A DNA stretch of 64,000 bases from Cyanidioschyzon merolae (taxonomy: Eukaryota), in assembly GCA_000091205.1 (NCBI GenBank), contig AP006494.2; one strand, given 5' to 3'. The notes beneath the pieces were generated by a model. The model did not search any database, was not told the DNA's origin, and saw only the letters and a program-made list of their open reading frames with translations. This document shows positions 55,683 through 64,000 of this stretch, one piece after another. A program made the position numbers and the translations under genes. Positions within the stretch are counted from its first letter, which is position 1. Each line of letters begins with the position of its first letter.

Positions 55683-57412
55683 CTCAATAGCATCTTAAAG
55701 AGAGAAACACTAGCATCGTCTACCAACTACCATGGGAAACAGGTTCCTCTCTATATACGCTGTGCCACATCCTGTCTGGATTCCTAACCGTACCATACTA
55801 TTGCCCTGCTACATGCCGGAATCCGCTCCTATTGCTGCCAGCCTCTGATTTTCTCAGCGCAAGTCTCCAGCATTCCAGCACAATCCCCACACTCAGTATG
55901 AAACAGTTGCCTCGAATGTACGTATGACACAAACCGCTGGACGCTCCGAACGCACGAAACATTTCCAGATACCGATTGGGCGTTCGAGTCTCGGTGCAGG
56001 ACGTGCCTGAGCGCATTTTGGATTGTTGAAGCGCATCACAGCAAGCACGTCTCGCTCGATTCTCTCGCCATCCGGCGCTCAATCAGCTCACCGTACACCA
56101 CCACGTGCATGCAGCTCTGTTTCACACTCTTCTTCTCTACCGGTCACTGTGCGCACTCGCGCTGGTCACGCGTGTTTGTCGCTCTGAACGCATCCACGGG
56201 AGCCGTGAAGAATCGATTCCTGCTGTGGTTGCACGCTCTCGCCGACCGAGCATGAGTGCAGCCGTTGCTCGCGAGTGCACGTCCAGCGCCATTCGCTACC
56301 TCCACGCGTTGCGAGTTATCGGTCCGATACGTTGCTAACTCATTGAATATGCTGGAGAATGCACGCTTCCTGCCTCCGGAGAGCCAAGCTGTTGATGACC
56401 ACAGCGACGTCTCAAGTGCATCTGCGAGGGAGCGTCCCCACGAGCCACGTGGACGCGCACGTGTCTATGAATGGATCTCACACAGCATCCACTCCGTTCG
56501 ACACGAGTCTCAGAGCGTCGTGACGGGTCCGGACGCTGTCATTTCATTGGTCGGTACGCCTCTTGGCGTCTCTGGGGCCCGACTCCCGACACTGCCGATC
56601 TCTGGAAAAGTAGGGCAGCTCAACGACAGATACAGCTGCATACTGCCTGAGCGCTGTTTAGCGAGGGAAAGCAATACTGTCTAAGGGCATTACCAAGGAA
56701 TGTGGGTGAAGGAATCCAGGAGGTGCCTCGCCGGAGGATGAGGTATTGGAATGTCCTTTCGTTCGGCGATTTGTAAGAGATCACCAGAAGAAATCACCGC
56801 TAGGGCTCATGCCGCCTTCAATGTCGCTTGTCGCCTCTTTAAGAACTTCGTGTCGCCCCTATGTGAGGACATATATACGAGTTGATCGTTTCTGCAAAAT
56901 GGAGCATCACCGACTGACACGAACGCCAGTCAGTCCTGCAGGGGGCCTTCGCCTTGCGCTACGAATTCGACAATCTGCTGGCAACACGCAATCGTCGTGC
57001 ATCGCAGCGCACTTTTCTGTTCATCGGTGTCTGTTTATCACCGCTAGTATGAAAGATGTGAAAGCCCCACATCATGTGGCTTCGCAGATGGTATTTCTCA
57101 GAGGATCTATGTGATACAATGAGCGAATCAGAAGATTGTCGAATATATACATTGTAGTACGTTGTATTTTGGGTACGCAATGTTCAGAACAAGCACTGCC
57201 ACAAGGGTCGCTGGTGCACCTGCTGAATGTAAAATGACTGACTTGTACAAGTAAGATCCGTGTCGGTATGCTAGCGGCGATGGCATGAACTCTATCCACC
57301 GCCATTCTCTCACCAACGGACAACCTTATTGTTCAATACCTGTGGGAAAAACAACCAAACACAAAAATAACCTGCCGGTAGACTTGTTCAAGAATTTAGT
57401 ACTCTGAGTATA
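55683..57412 (-). mobile_element. repeat family E, copy 2; right arm of the inverted pair
   Basis: See the E copy 1 entry. Confidence 0.85.
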
Positions 57413-57461
57413 ACGCTGAGCACCTCCCTAACTATACTGGGAGCGAGCTGTTTTTCGAGAC

Positions 57462-57749
57462 ATGGTTGATTCACGTGAAAGCGAAGATGCTGGTGAGAGT
57501 CCACTGGAGAACTACACTCCAAACAGACCAACTCTAGACAAGTTCAAGAAGAACCCCTTGGTGCCCGCCGGCGCCCTCCTTACTGCTATAGTGCTTGCCG
57601 GTGGAATTACTGCTTTCCAGAGGGGAAACGTTATCTGGAGTCAAAGGATGATGCGGGCACGTGTTGCAGCGCAAGGCGCGACGTTGCTCATTTTGGCTGC
57701 TTCAGTGGGCGCGTTCAGAGGGGGGCCCTCCCCGCAGTCGACGAAGTGA
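57462..57749 (+). CDS. HIG1-domain protein (Rcf1/HIGD-like respiratory supercomplex factor)
   Basis: FKKNPLVPAGALLTAIVLAGGITAFQRGNVIWSQRMMRARVAAQGATLLILAA matches the HIG_1_N consensus (K...P.vP.G...T...L.........gn...sq.lMr.RV.AQg.T). It starts 50 bp outside the E right arm. Confidence 0.55.
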   Translation: MVDSRESEDAGESPLENYTPNRPTLDKFKKNPLVPAGALLTAIVLAGGITAFQRGNVIWSQRMMRARVAAQGATLLILAASVGAFRGGPSPQSTK

Positions 57750-57850
57750 GTGCTGCGTCGTGAGCAGCACTAGGAAGCCAAGGCTCCCTTTCGTCTGCTG
57801 TATTCCTGTGCGAATGAGTACTCGTCGGACGTGATTAAGCGCTTCGCGAC

Positions 57851-57927
57851 TGGTTGTCTTTGGGTGTGCTTGCTTGTGTACGTGTCTGTCTGCCTGTCAG
57901 CCTGTCTGCCTGTTTGGTTTCTTGTCC
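57851..57927. repeat. GT/CTGT-rich microsatellite-like tract
   Basis: gggtgtgcttgcttgtgtacgtgtctgtctgcctgtcagcctgtctgcctgtttggtttcttg; imperfect (TGTC/TGCC)n downstream of the HIG1 ORF. Confidence 0.6.
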
Positions 57928-58048
57928 AATGCCATGCTGAACTACAGCGACATACTGACTCGCAGCTTTGATGGTCTTTTACATTAAATGTACAGGCAGT
58001 GTGCGTGACGGGTATAGGCTGGTGGCATGTGCCGAATAAGCTCCGGGT

Positions 58049-59143
58049 CTATCGCGCAGGGGCGTTTCTATTCATGGGAAACACCACAGAGTCGCCAAGA
58101 GGTATTGATCTGGTGCTGATGGAGGCATATTCCCAGACGTCTCTGTCGATTTTCAGCGGACAGCCAGCGAGAAATGCAAAAACCGCACCGTCGCTGCCTC
58201 TCATCCGCACAAACCAGGGCTGTCTCTGTGAGCTACGCAGCTCAAGACACACGTATGCACGGAGCTGCTCAGGGTTCCTTCGCGATACGGGCGCGAGAAC
58301 CACCTGGAGTATGTCGCTTTGAAGCCGTTGACGAATTAAGTCCAGAAACAGCGCGTGAGCGCCCTGCAGCCTTTTGGATCGGATGGCATTCAGCAGGGCA
58401 GAAAAGAGCAAGTTCGACTCTCGTATTTCTGAGCTCTCTCGAGCCTGCATAAGCTTGTAAATGCTCTTCACTTCGGTGAATACGTCTCTACTTCTCCACA
58501 GATATTGTAAGAGCTTGAGCCGCATCTGAATGGAGAAGGATCCCGCAGACATTCGACTTCGAGGCTCTCGCTCAGCGAAAGCAGCAGGTGGCTCAGTGTG
58601 CACTATGCTCAGGACAATCATATCCCGCTCCAGCTTGTCCTCAAGGAATAAAGGGAGAAGCCTTTCCGTGGCCGGCGCCGAGAACTCATCCGCCCGACCC
58701 GTGGCCCGGCGTGATTCTGTAGAAATCAAGTCCTTATCGAAGTTATGGTCTTGTCGCTTATTCCAGCCCTGAAAGCGCTTGCCTGAGGTGGCCTGTTTCG
58801 AATCTAGCAGGGCGAGGTACAGTACGTAGACCTCAGGTGTCCCTGGAAGCGTAAGTGTCTCTGACCGCTCAAGCACAAGTTCTATGCCGTTGCTTTCATC
58901 AAACTGAAAAGTACTTAGCTTAGGCAAATCGAAGCTACTACGCAGATAGAAGGAGCGCTTGTGCTGCGCTGCAGACCGCACAATGGCAGGGCCTTTCCCC
59001 CGGACGGCTTCGAAACCGTGGGCCTTTCGCTTGCGAACGAGGAACAGTTCGCGCGTCGCTTCCGTAACAGTTGCGTGTGAGGCCAGCTTTCTTCGCTCAG
59101 CAAGACGTGAATTGCTTGCTAACGGGACAGGAAGACTCCACAT
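58049..59143 (-). CDS. hypothetical protein (364 aa)
   Basis: A long ORF. No domain recognised. Confidence 0.35.
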   Translation of the reverse strand: MWSLPVPLASNSRLAERRKLASHATVTEATRELFLVRKRKAHGFEAVRGKGPAIVRSAAQHKRSFYLRSSFDLPKLSTFQFDESNGIELVLERSETLTLPGTPEVYVLYLALLDSKQATSGKRFQGWNKRQDHNFDKDLISTESRRATGRADEFSAPATERLLPLFLEDKLERDMIVLSIVHTEPPAAFAEREPRSRMSAGSFSIQMRLKLLQYLWRSRDVFTEVKSIYKLMQARESSEIRESNLLFSALLNAIRSKRLQGAHALFLDLIRQRLQSDILQVVLAPVSRRNPEQLRAYVCLELRSSQRQPWFVRMRGSDGAVFAFLAGCPLKIDRDVWEYASISTRSIPLGDSVVFPMNRNAPAR

Positions 59144-59499
59144 TCGATATTTGAGTCACTATACAGTCCAAGAAGAGAGATATAACGAACGGTGTTTGGA
59201 GAAATCAGCCGACCACACCGTGTAAGGCGACACCACGATCGAATTTGCTATCTATATATATTCAGTGGTTCAACCGTTTCCCGGTCTTGCGTGTCAATTT
59301 TCCGAAATTGTTTAGATGTAGTCTCGACATTCGATGTGCGACAACATTTGCATATGTGATTATACGCATTTTTCGAGCTCTCGGCGTTGTTTTCGTTGTG
59401 GCTCCTTCGTCTCTTTGCAGATGGTAACTTTACGTCACCAGAATAAAAATGAGTCGTGATGTGTTCGAACAAGAGTTCGTAAAACAATATATATCATGA

Positions 59500-60612
59500 A
59501 CCGAGTCGAACGCACACTGCATCACTCTTCGCTTTTTTCATGTACAGCAATCTCAAATCACACATTCTTCAAGTATTAGGTCGTTCTGTTTGAGGCCAAC
59601 TGGTATGTGCAGTGGTTCGCGCTGCCAGATCCACTACTGAAAAAACTTGACGTCGCCCCTTGACACGCTCCTCACGCGCTCATGCCAGGAGTTTTACTGA
59701 ATTTGTCACATTAAACAATCGATTCTGTTCGCAATGCAAATCCGCCTCTCTATTTGGTCGTCGACGAAACCGGATTCCCCATCAGGTTGATAGGTCTGAC
59801 GGGATATGCTCCCGGAGGCTCTCATCCGTTCCGCTTGCATGGAATAGAGCCTCAGACTCGCTCTTCAATCATCGCGAGGATCGCTTCCAGAGGAGCGTGC
59901 GCCACTGCTTTCCACGAAGAGAGCTTAGACAGATCGAATTTTCTCGAATTGTTTTGCAACCTGGATATTCCTTCTGTTCCATGTTTCATCATGGACGACA
60001 TTGCGTTCCACAAATCCTCGATCGACTGGTACAGTGTGCACATGCGCATGCTGCTGATAGAGTACTCGTCGATGTCATTGTATGCAAGAAGCTCTTGATC
60101 ATAGTGTACTGCGCCGTGCTTAGATACGAAGGAGCGTATTCGAAGAAGCCTTCTATACCCGTCAAGCGTATGCGCCGAGCGATGAAGCACGTGTTGATCC
60201 ACCATAGTGCTGTGCTCGGAGGAAGAGAGGCGGTGCATGTATGATTACGCCTGCCAACAGCCGAGTGTCACCGTTGCGAAAGACGCGTAGAAGCACCATA
60301 CAGGGAAGATGAAATCGGCGAGCGAAGCTTAAATTGCAACTTCCGCCTGTAAAAGAAGTGCGTCACAAAAAGACGGAGGCGCAGAAGATGAGACTCTAAC
60401 GCAGCCATCAACATACTTCGACAGCTGACAACGGTGCCGGAGGGAGAAGAGAGACTGCCATATTTGAAGACCGGGGATGAGATAGGGTAAAAGGAAGCAA
60501 TGGGAAAAAGCCTAAAAAGGATGAAGATGTTAACGCTGGGAAGAAACCTAAAGTTTAGAGTGTGCGTCCGAGTTTGCAGATCTGTTCCAGTTCATTCTGA
60601 CATGGGTGTAAT
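59500..60612 (+). mobile_element. repeat family D (single copy in this window); related to B and C
   Basis: It encodes a decayed protein fragment (59754..60098) with GYAPGGSHPFRLHG and CFIMDDIAFHKSSIDW. Its 3' end (60535-60612) is clearly homologous to the B terminus (..aaagtttagagtgtgcgtccgagtttgcagatctgttccagttcattctgacatggg). The 5' boundary is uncertain. Confidence 0.6.
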
Positions 60613-61212
60613 GATATATAGCTATTCCGCGATAATCGACTGCTGCTCCAGCGAATGCAGCTGTAGGACTCCTGCAATCGTTGCGGCATCTGCAGATTCC
60701 TTACGCTCAGTGCATCTTTAAAATTTCGTCCCCTGTACTCGACGTGTCCGCGCATGGCTCGCTCTTGTAACCAAAAGACGCGCTACAGGGGCCGAGTCAC
60801 AAGCCTCTGCAGAGTTGCTCCAAGCAAAGGTCGAGTCTGCGTACAAAGCGCACTACATCTGCGCGAGAAGACGCACCTACTTGGTGCCCAGATAGAGCGT
60901 TTCTTCCAACGGATGAAAGGCGCTCACAATCCTGAATCTCGAAAAGCGCGGCAGATATTAATCCAGTTGCCCAGCTTCGAAATTTGCCAAGCTTTATTGG
61001 TCCTCGTCGTGATGGCAAGAGCTCGCGGAATAGAGACAGCCCGATGAAAATAGACTGACTCTTCGTGCATTGTGATGCACCCTCTAGTGAACTTGTGCAC
61101 CGGGGCAGCAACCCGAGCCCGAGCCCGAACTCCTGCAGCACTAGTCCCGCAGCATCAATGCAAGGATGAAGCGCTGAACTAGCCAAATCCCATCAGAGAA
61201 TGGACGCTACCA

Positions 61213-62907
61213 TCAGAGTGCAGGGTCGGAGGCATCACATGCTAATTTTCGCATCGTCTCCCGCTTTTCAGCGCTTTCAACGGCCGTCATGTACTCGAGA
61301 TACTCGTTCGCAAGTTTGAGCTCACCTCGCTGCCTCAGATAGGTCATCATACGGACAACGACGTCGGCCTCGTCGGTGTCAATTGTCGCATGTGGCGCTC
61401 TAAGCGCCCTGCGGATCTCCAGGTACGTTGCGTAATGTTTTGCTGCCGAGTCGTATTGTCCAGTTTCCCAGAACAGATCTCCAGCTCTCTTTGCATAGCT
61501 CCAATTATCAGGATTCCAGGTCAATGCTTTTTCTAGACAGCGAACGGCGTCATCAAGCCGACCAATGTCTTGGAGTGCCTGGGAGACTGCCGCCCACATG
61601 CGATCGTCACATGGTCGCAGAGTTGCCGCTTTCTCAAAGTAATAGAGTGCATAGTGAGGCATGTGGAGCAGTTCGTAGGTCTGCCCCAAACCATAATAAG
61701 GACGAAAGTCCGCTGGGTCGAGATCGATAGCGCGTCGATAGGCCTCCACAGCTGCGGATGTGTTGCGCATCTCGAGGAACTCGTGACCCATCAGGATCCA
61801 AGCGGTGGTGTACGAACGGTTAAGGGTCAGCGCTCTTCGAAAGTACTGCACCGCTTTTTCATGGTTTTGACGTAAAGCAAAATAATTGCCCACAACGCAG
61901 CATGTTTCCGCCCGATACTTGTCGATCTGCACGCAATCACGAGCAAGGGTGCTTAATGTTGCCTGATCCTCCTGCACGAAGAGGATGTTCGAATAAAGGT
62001 CAACAGCGTCGAGAAAGTACGGGTCTAACTCGCGAAGGCGCCTGCACAGTTCTGCTGCAGTTTCAAAATCATGCGCACTGAAGTGAGCATGGGCCAACAG
62101 ATGCAGTAAAGTTACCGAGTCGGGAAACTCAGATGATAACGCCTGCAGCACTGGAATGATCGAAGTTTCCCCCGAAAAGGTTCCGGACTGCATGACGAGG
62201 AAGAATGCAAACATCCAGGCCTTACCGGTCTCCAGTAACGTACGCAGCGCCGAAATGATAGAGCTGTAGTCCTCTCCGAGTTCATGCAACGCCGTCCATG
62301 CTGCCCAGAGATGTGGTTTCCGCTGCAGCGCTTCGATAAAAGCACAAAGTGCCTCTTTTCGACAACCACAGGCCTTCAACGCAGTCCCGCGTAACCAGCA
62401 AATATAAGCGTCCTCGGGAAGGCTCGCATCGGACTGCACAGCTTTATCCATCTCCTGGACGATAGAGGCCGCCAGCGTGTTCTGTGGCTTGCAGGGGGCA
62501 GCACACCCCGCAGGAGACACTTCTAAAAGCATTTCCTCCTTGCGCTTTTCTCCATGGAGGAATAGCGAGTACCAACGCAGGAAACGACCGAGCTTCGAAG
62601 TGCAAGCCTCAAGGATAGAGGCTGCTCGCAGGTATTCGCGAGCATCGAACAGCGCTTTTCCATAAAAAAACAGATCGCTTTCTCCACGCTTCGTTCCAAC
62701 GGTTTCCGCATCGTTATCTAACAGCTGCGGTTCGAGCTTCCGGCCCAAGCTTGCAACCAACTCCCCTAGCCACCGCGCTGAAAGCACGAGGCCTCGATCG
62801 AGGCTCTCCCGCAGCGCTTCTTTGAGCTCCCTATATTTCTGCTCAGTGTGGACCTGGCGGAGCACAGCAAGCGCAACATCGACCTCCGATGTCATAAAGG
62901 CCGTCAC
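61213..62907 (-). CDS. CDC23: anaphase-promoting complex subunit 8 (CDC23), TPR protein
   Basis: A C-terminal TPR array with the APC8-typical run CCVVGNYFALRQNHEKAVQYFRRALTLNRSYTTAWILMGHEFLEMRNTSAAVEAYRRAIDLDPADFRPYYGLGQTYELLHMPHYALYYF, plus the N-terminal APC8 region. Confidence 0.8.
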   Translation of the reverse strand: MTAFMTSEVDVALAVLRQVHTEQKYRELKEALRESLDRGLVLSARWLGELVASLGRKLEPQLLDNDAETVGTKRGESDLFFYGKALFDAREYLRAASILEACTSKLGRFLRWYSLFLHGEKRKEEMLLEVSPAGCAAPCKPQNTLAASIVQEMDKAVQSDASLPEDAYICWLRGTALKACGCRKEALCAFIEALQRKPHLWAAWTALHELGEDYSSIISALRTLLETGKAWMFAFFLVMQSGTFSGETSIIPVLQALSSEFPDSVTLLHLLAHAHFSAHDFETAAELCRRLRELDPYFLDAVDLYSNILFVQEDQATLSTLARDCVQIDKYRAETCCVVGNYFALRQNHEKAVQYFRRALTLNRSYTTAWILMGHEFLEMRNTSAAVEAYRRAIDLDPADFRPYYGLGQTYELLHMPHYALYYFEKAATLRPCDDRMWAAVSQALQDIGRLDDAVRCLEKALTWNPDNWSYAKRAGDLFWETGQYDSAAKHYATYLEIRRALRAPHATIDTDEADVVVRMMTYLRQRGELKLANEYLEYMTAVESAEKRETMRKLACDASDPAL

Positions 62908-63111
62908 ACTCGGTCCAGCGGTTGCAAATGTTCTGTGCGTAGTGACTAGTTTGCGTCAACGCTGGGTCAGAGCACTTGCACCGCCCTACGGCGCAAGCGT
63001 ACTTGTCCCGCCAAATGTCAGGCCACGACGCTTATTACGTTTGTGCATTTCGTGGCTCGCACTGCTACATAACTTGCCACGAAGTTCCTTTGAAGGTGAG
63101 AGTAGTTTTCC

Positions 63112-64000
63112 ATGGAAGATATGGGAAGTTTTTTGACGGTAGACGAGGCCTGTAGAGCAGTCTCTGGGCCGCGGTCGTTCTTGAAACGGCTCCGCACCAT
63201 TCTCAGTGCTGAAGTGGCTCTGCTGAAGGCGCTCGTCAAGTCTCCTTTCGAAAAGCGGCTTGTGTCTCTACGGGACGGCGCTTTCATCAACACGCTGGTG
63301 CTAAACGAGCACCAGACTGAGAAACCAGTACTTGTTCTTGCGCACGGCTGGGGCTCTGGCTTGGGTTTCTTCGCCAAGAACCTTGACGCGCTCGCTGGTG
63401 CATACCGCATTTACTGTTTTGATTGGATTGGAAGCGGAGGTTCGTCACGTCCCAAGTTCGACACAAGCATGAACGTGGCCGAGTCCGAGGATTTCTTCTT
63501 GCGACGCTTTGATGAGTGGACGAAGCGAGTCGGTCTGGAGAACGAAAAGTTCATTCTCGCGGGTCACTCGCTTGGCGGCTACCTCGCCGCCGTCTACGCG
63601 CTCCAGCACCCAGAGCGTCTGCGTGGCTTGGCGCTCATCAGTCCGTTCGGAGTTCCGGATGGGAAAGAGTCACAGAAGCGATCAACGACAACTGTTAGCT
63701 CCCATCCGACGGGAGCACAGGCCCCTCGTCTGACGATGATCGCCACAGCGTCTGAGGCGACACCGAATAACTTGCAAAGCGAACCTGCGAACGATAGCCA
63801 CCCTACTGCCTCGGCGGATCGCTTGCCAACGAAATACCGAGTCTTGCGAGGCGTGCTTCGCACGTTTTGGAAATTGAATGTAACGCCTCAGAGAATTCTG
63901 CGATGGACGTCCACTGCTTCGACCTCCTGGAGCCATGACCTGATATCCAAGTACATCTCGCGTCGATTCGCATCTTCGATCACCAGTGTACGAGAGCGCC
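63112..64000 (+). CDS. alpha/beta-hydrolase, ABHD4/ABHD5 (CGI-58)-like; partial, continues past the window end
   Basis: I translated from 63112 directly: MEDMGSFL...PVLVLAHGWGSGLGFF...YCFDWIGSGGSSRP...FILAGHSLGGYLAAVYALQHPERL. This gives an HG oxyanion motif and a GHSLGG nucleophile elbow. There is no stop before 64000, so it is absent from the supplied ORF track. Confidence 0.7.
   Translation, partial: MEDMGSFLTVDEACRAVSGPRSFLKRLRTILSAEVALLKALVKSPFEKRLVSLRDGAFINTLVLNEHQTEKPVLVLAHGWGSGLGFFAKNLDALAGAYRIYCFDWIGSGGSSRPKFDTSMNVAESEDFFLRRFDEWTKRVGLENEKFILAGHSLGGYLAAVYALQHPERLRGLALISPFGVPDGKESQKRSTTTVSSHPTGAQAPRLTMIATASEATPNNLQSEPANDSHPTASADRLPTKYRVLRGVLRTFWKLNVTPQRILRWTSTASTSWSHDLISKYISRRFASSITSVRER

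Noticed and set aside
17560-57412. Possibility that the repeated units form a CRISPR-like or tandem array
   Set aside because: The repeats are 0.5-1.7 kb, dispersed at irregular spacing of kilobases, in both orientations, and they encode protein fragments. That is incompatible with CRISPR direct repeats and spacers, and no cas-like ORFs are present.
1-64000. Prokaryotic interpretation of the window, suggested by the bacterial-length GMP synthase and DegP
   Set aside because: Eukaryote-only proteins are present: APC8/CDC23, E2F partner DP, Eaf6, RNase H2B, SIP5, TBC RabGAP, CSL4 and an ELO elongase. There are also presequence-bearing mitochondrial enzymes and a probable intron in CSL4.

Overview
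This window reads as eukaryotic nuclear DNA from an intron-poor, compact genome (about 50-53% GC). I cannot name the species. Eukaryote-specific genes rule out a prokaryotic reading: APC8/CDC23, the DP partner of E2F, Eaf6/MEAF6, RNase H2 subunit B, SIP5, a TBC RabGAP and CSL4. Single-exon genes dominate and sit tightly packed on both strands. The window also encodes GMP synthase, BCKDH E1-beta, lipoyl synthase, a DegP/HtrA protease, an ELO elongase, an SDR39U1 epimerase, a HIG1 protein, a WD40 protein, TMEM62-like and ABHD-like proteins. Woven through the genes are at least six families of dispersed repeats 0.5-1.7 kb long, which I call A-F here for convenience. These are not short regular repeats, so they are not CRISPR arrays.

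The most striking structure is three separate pairs of long inverted repeats, each flanking a block of ordinary genes. The B arms (about 1.3 kb) enclose about 10 kb. The C arms (about 1.4 kb) enclose 3.5 kb. The E arms (about 1.7 kb) enclose 6.9 kb. Families A, B and D share a conserved 3' terminal module of about 70 bp, and C shares it weakly. Families B, C and D encode decayed fragments of one protein whose motifs look like a PIF/Harbinger-type DDE nuclease; that assignment is an inference. Several of these elements abut the start codons of host genes within 0-130 bp. I found no rRNA, no convincing tRNA and no CRISPR. All repeat boundaries were set by eye and are approximate, roughly +/-15 bp.
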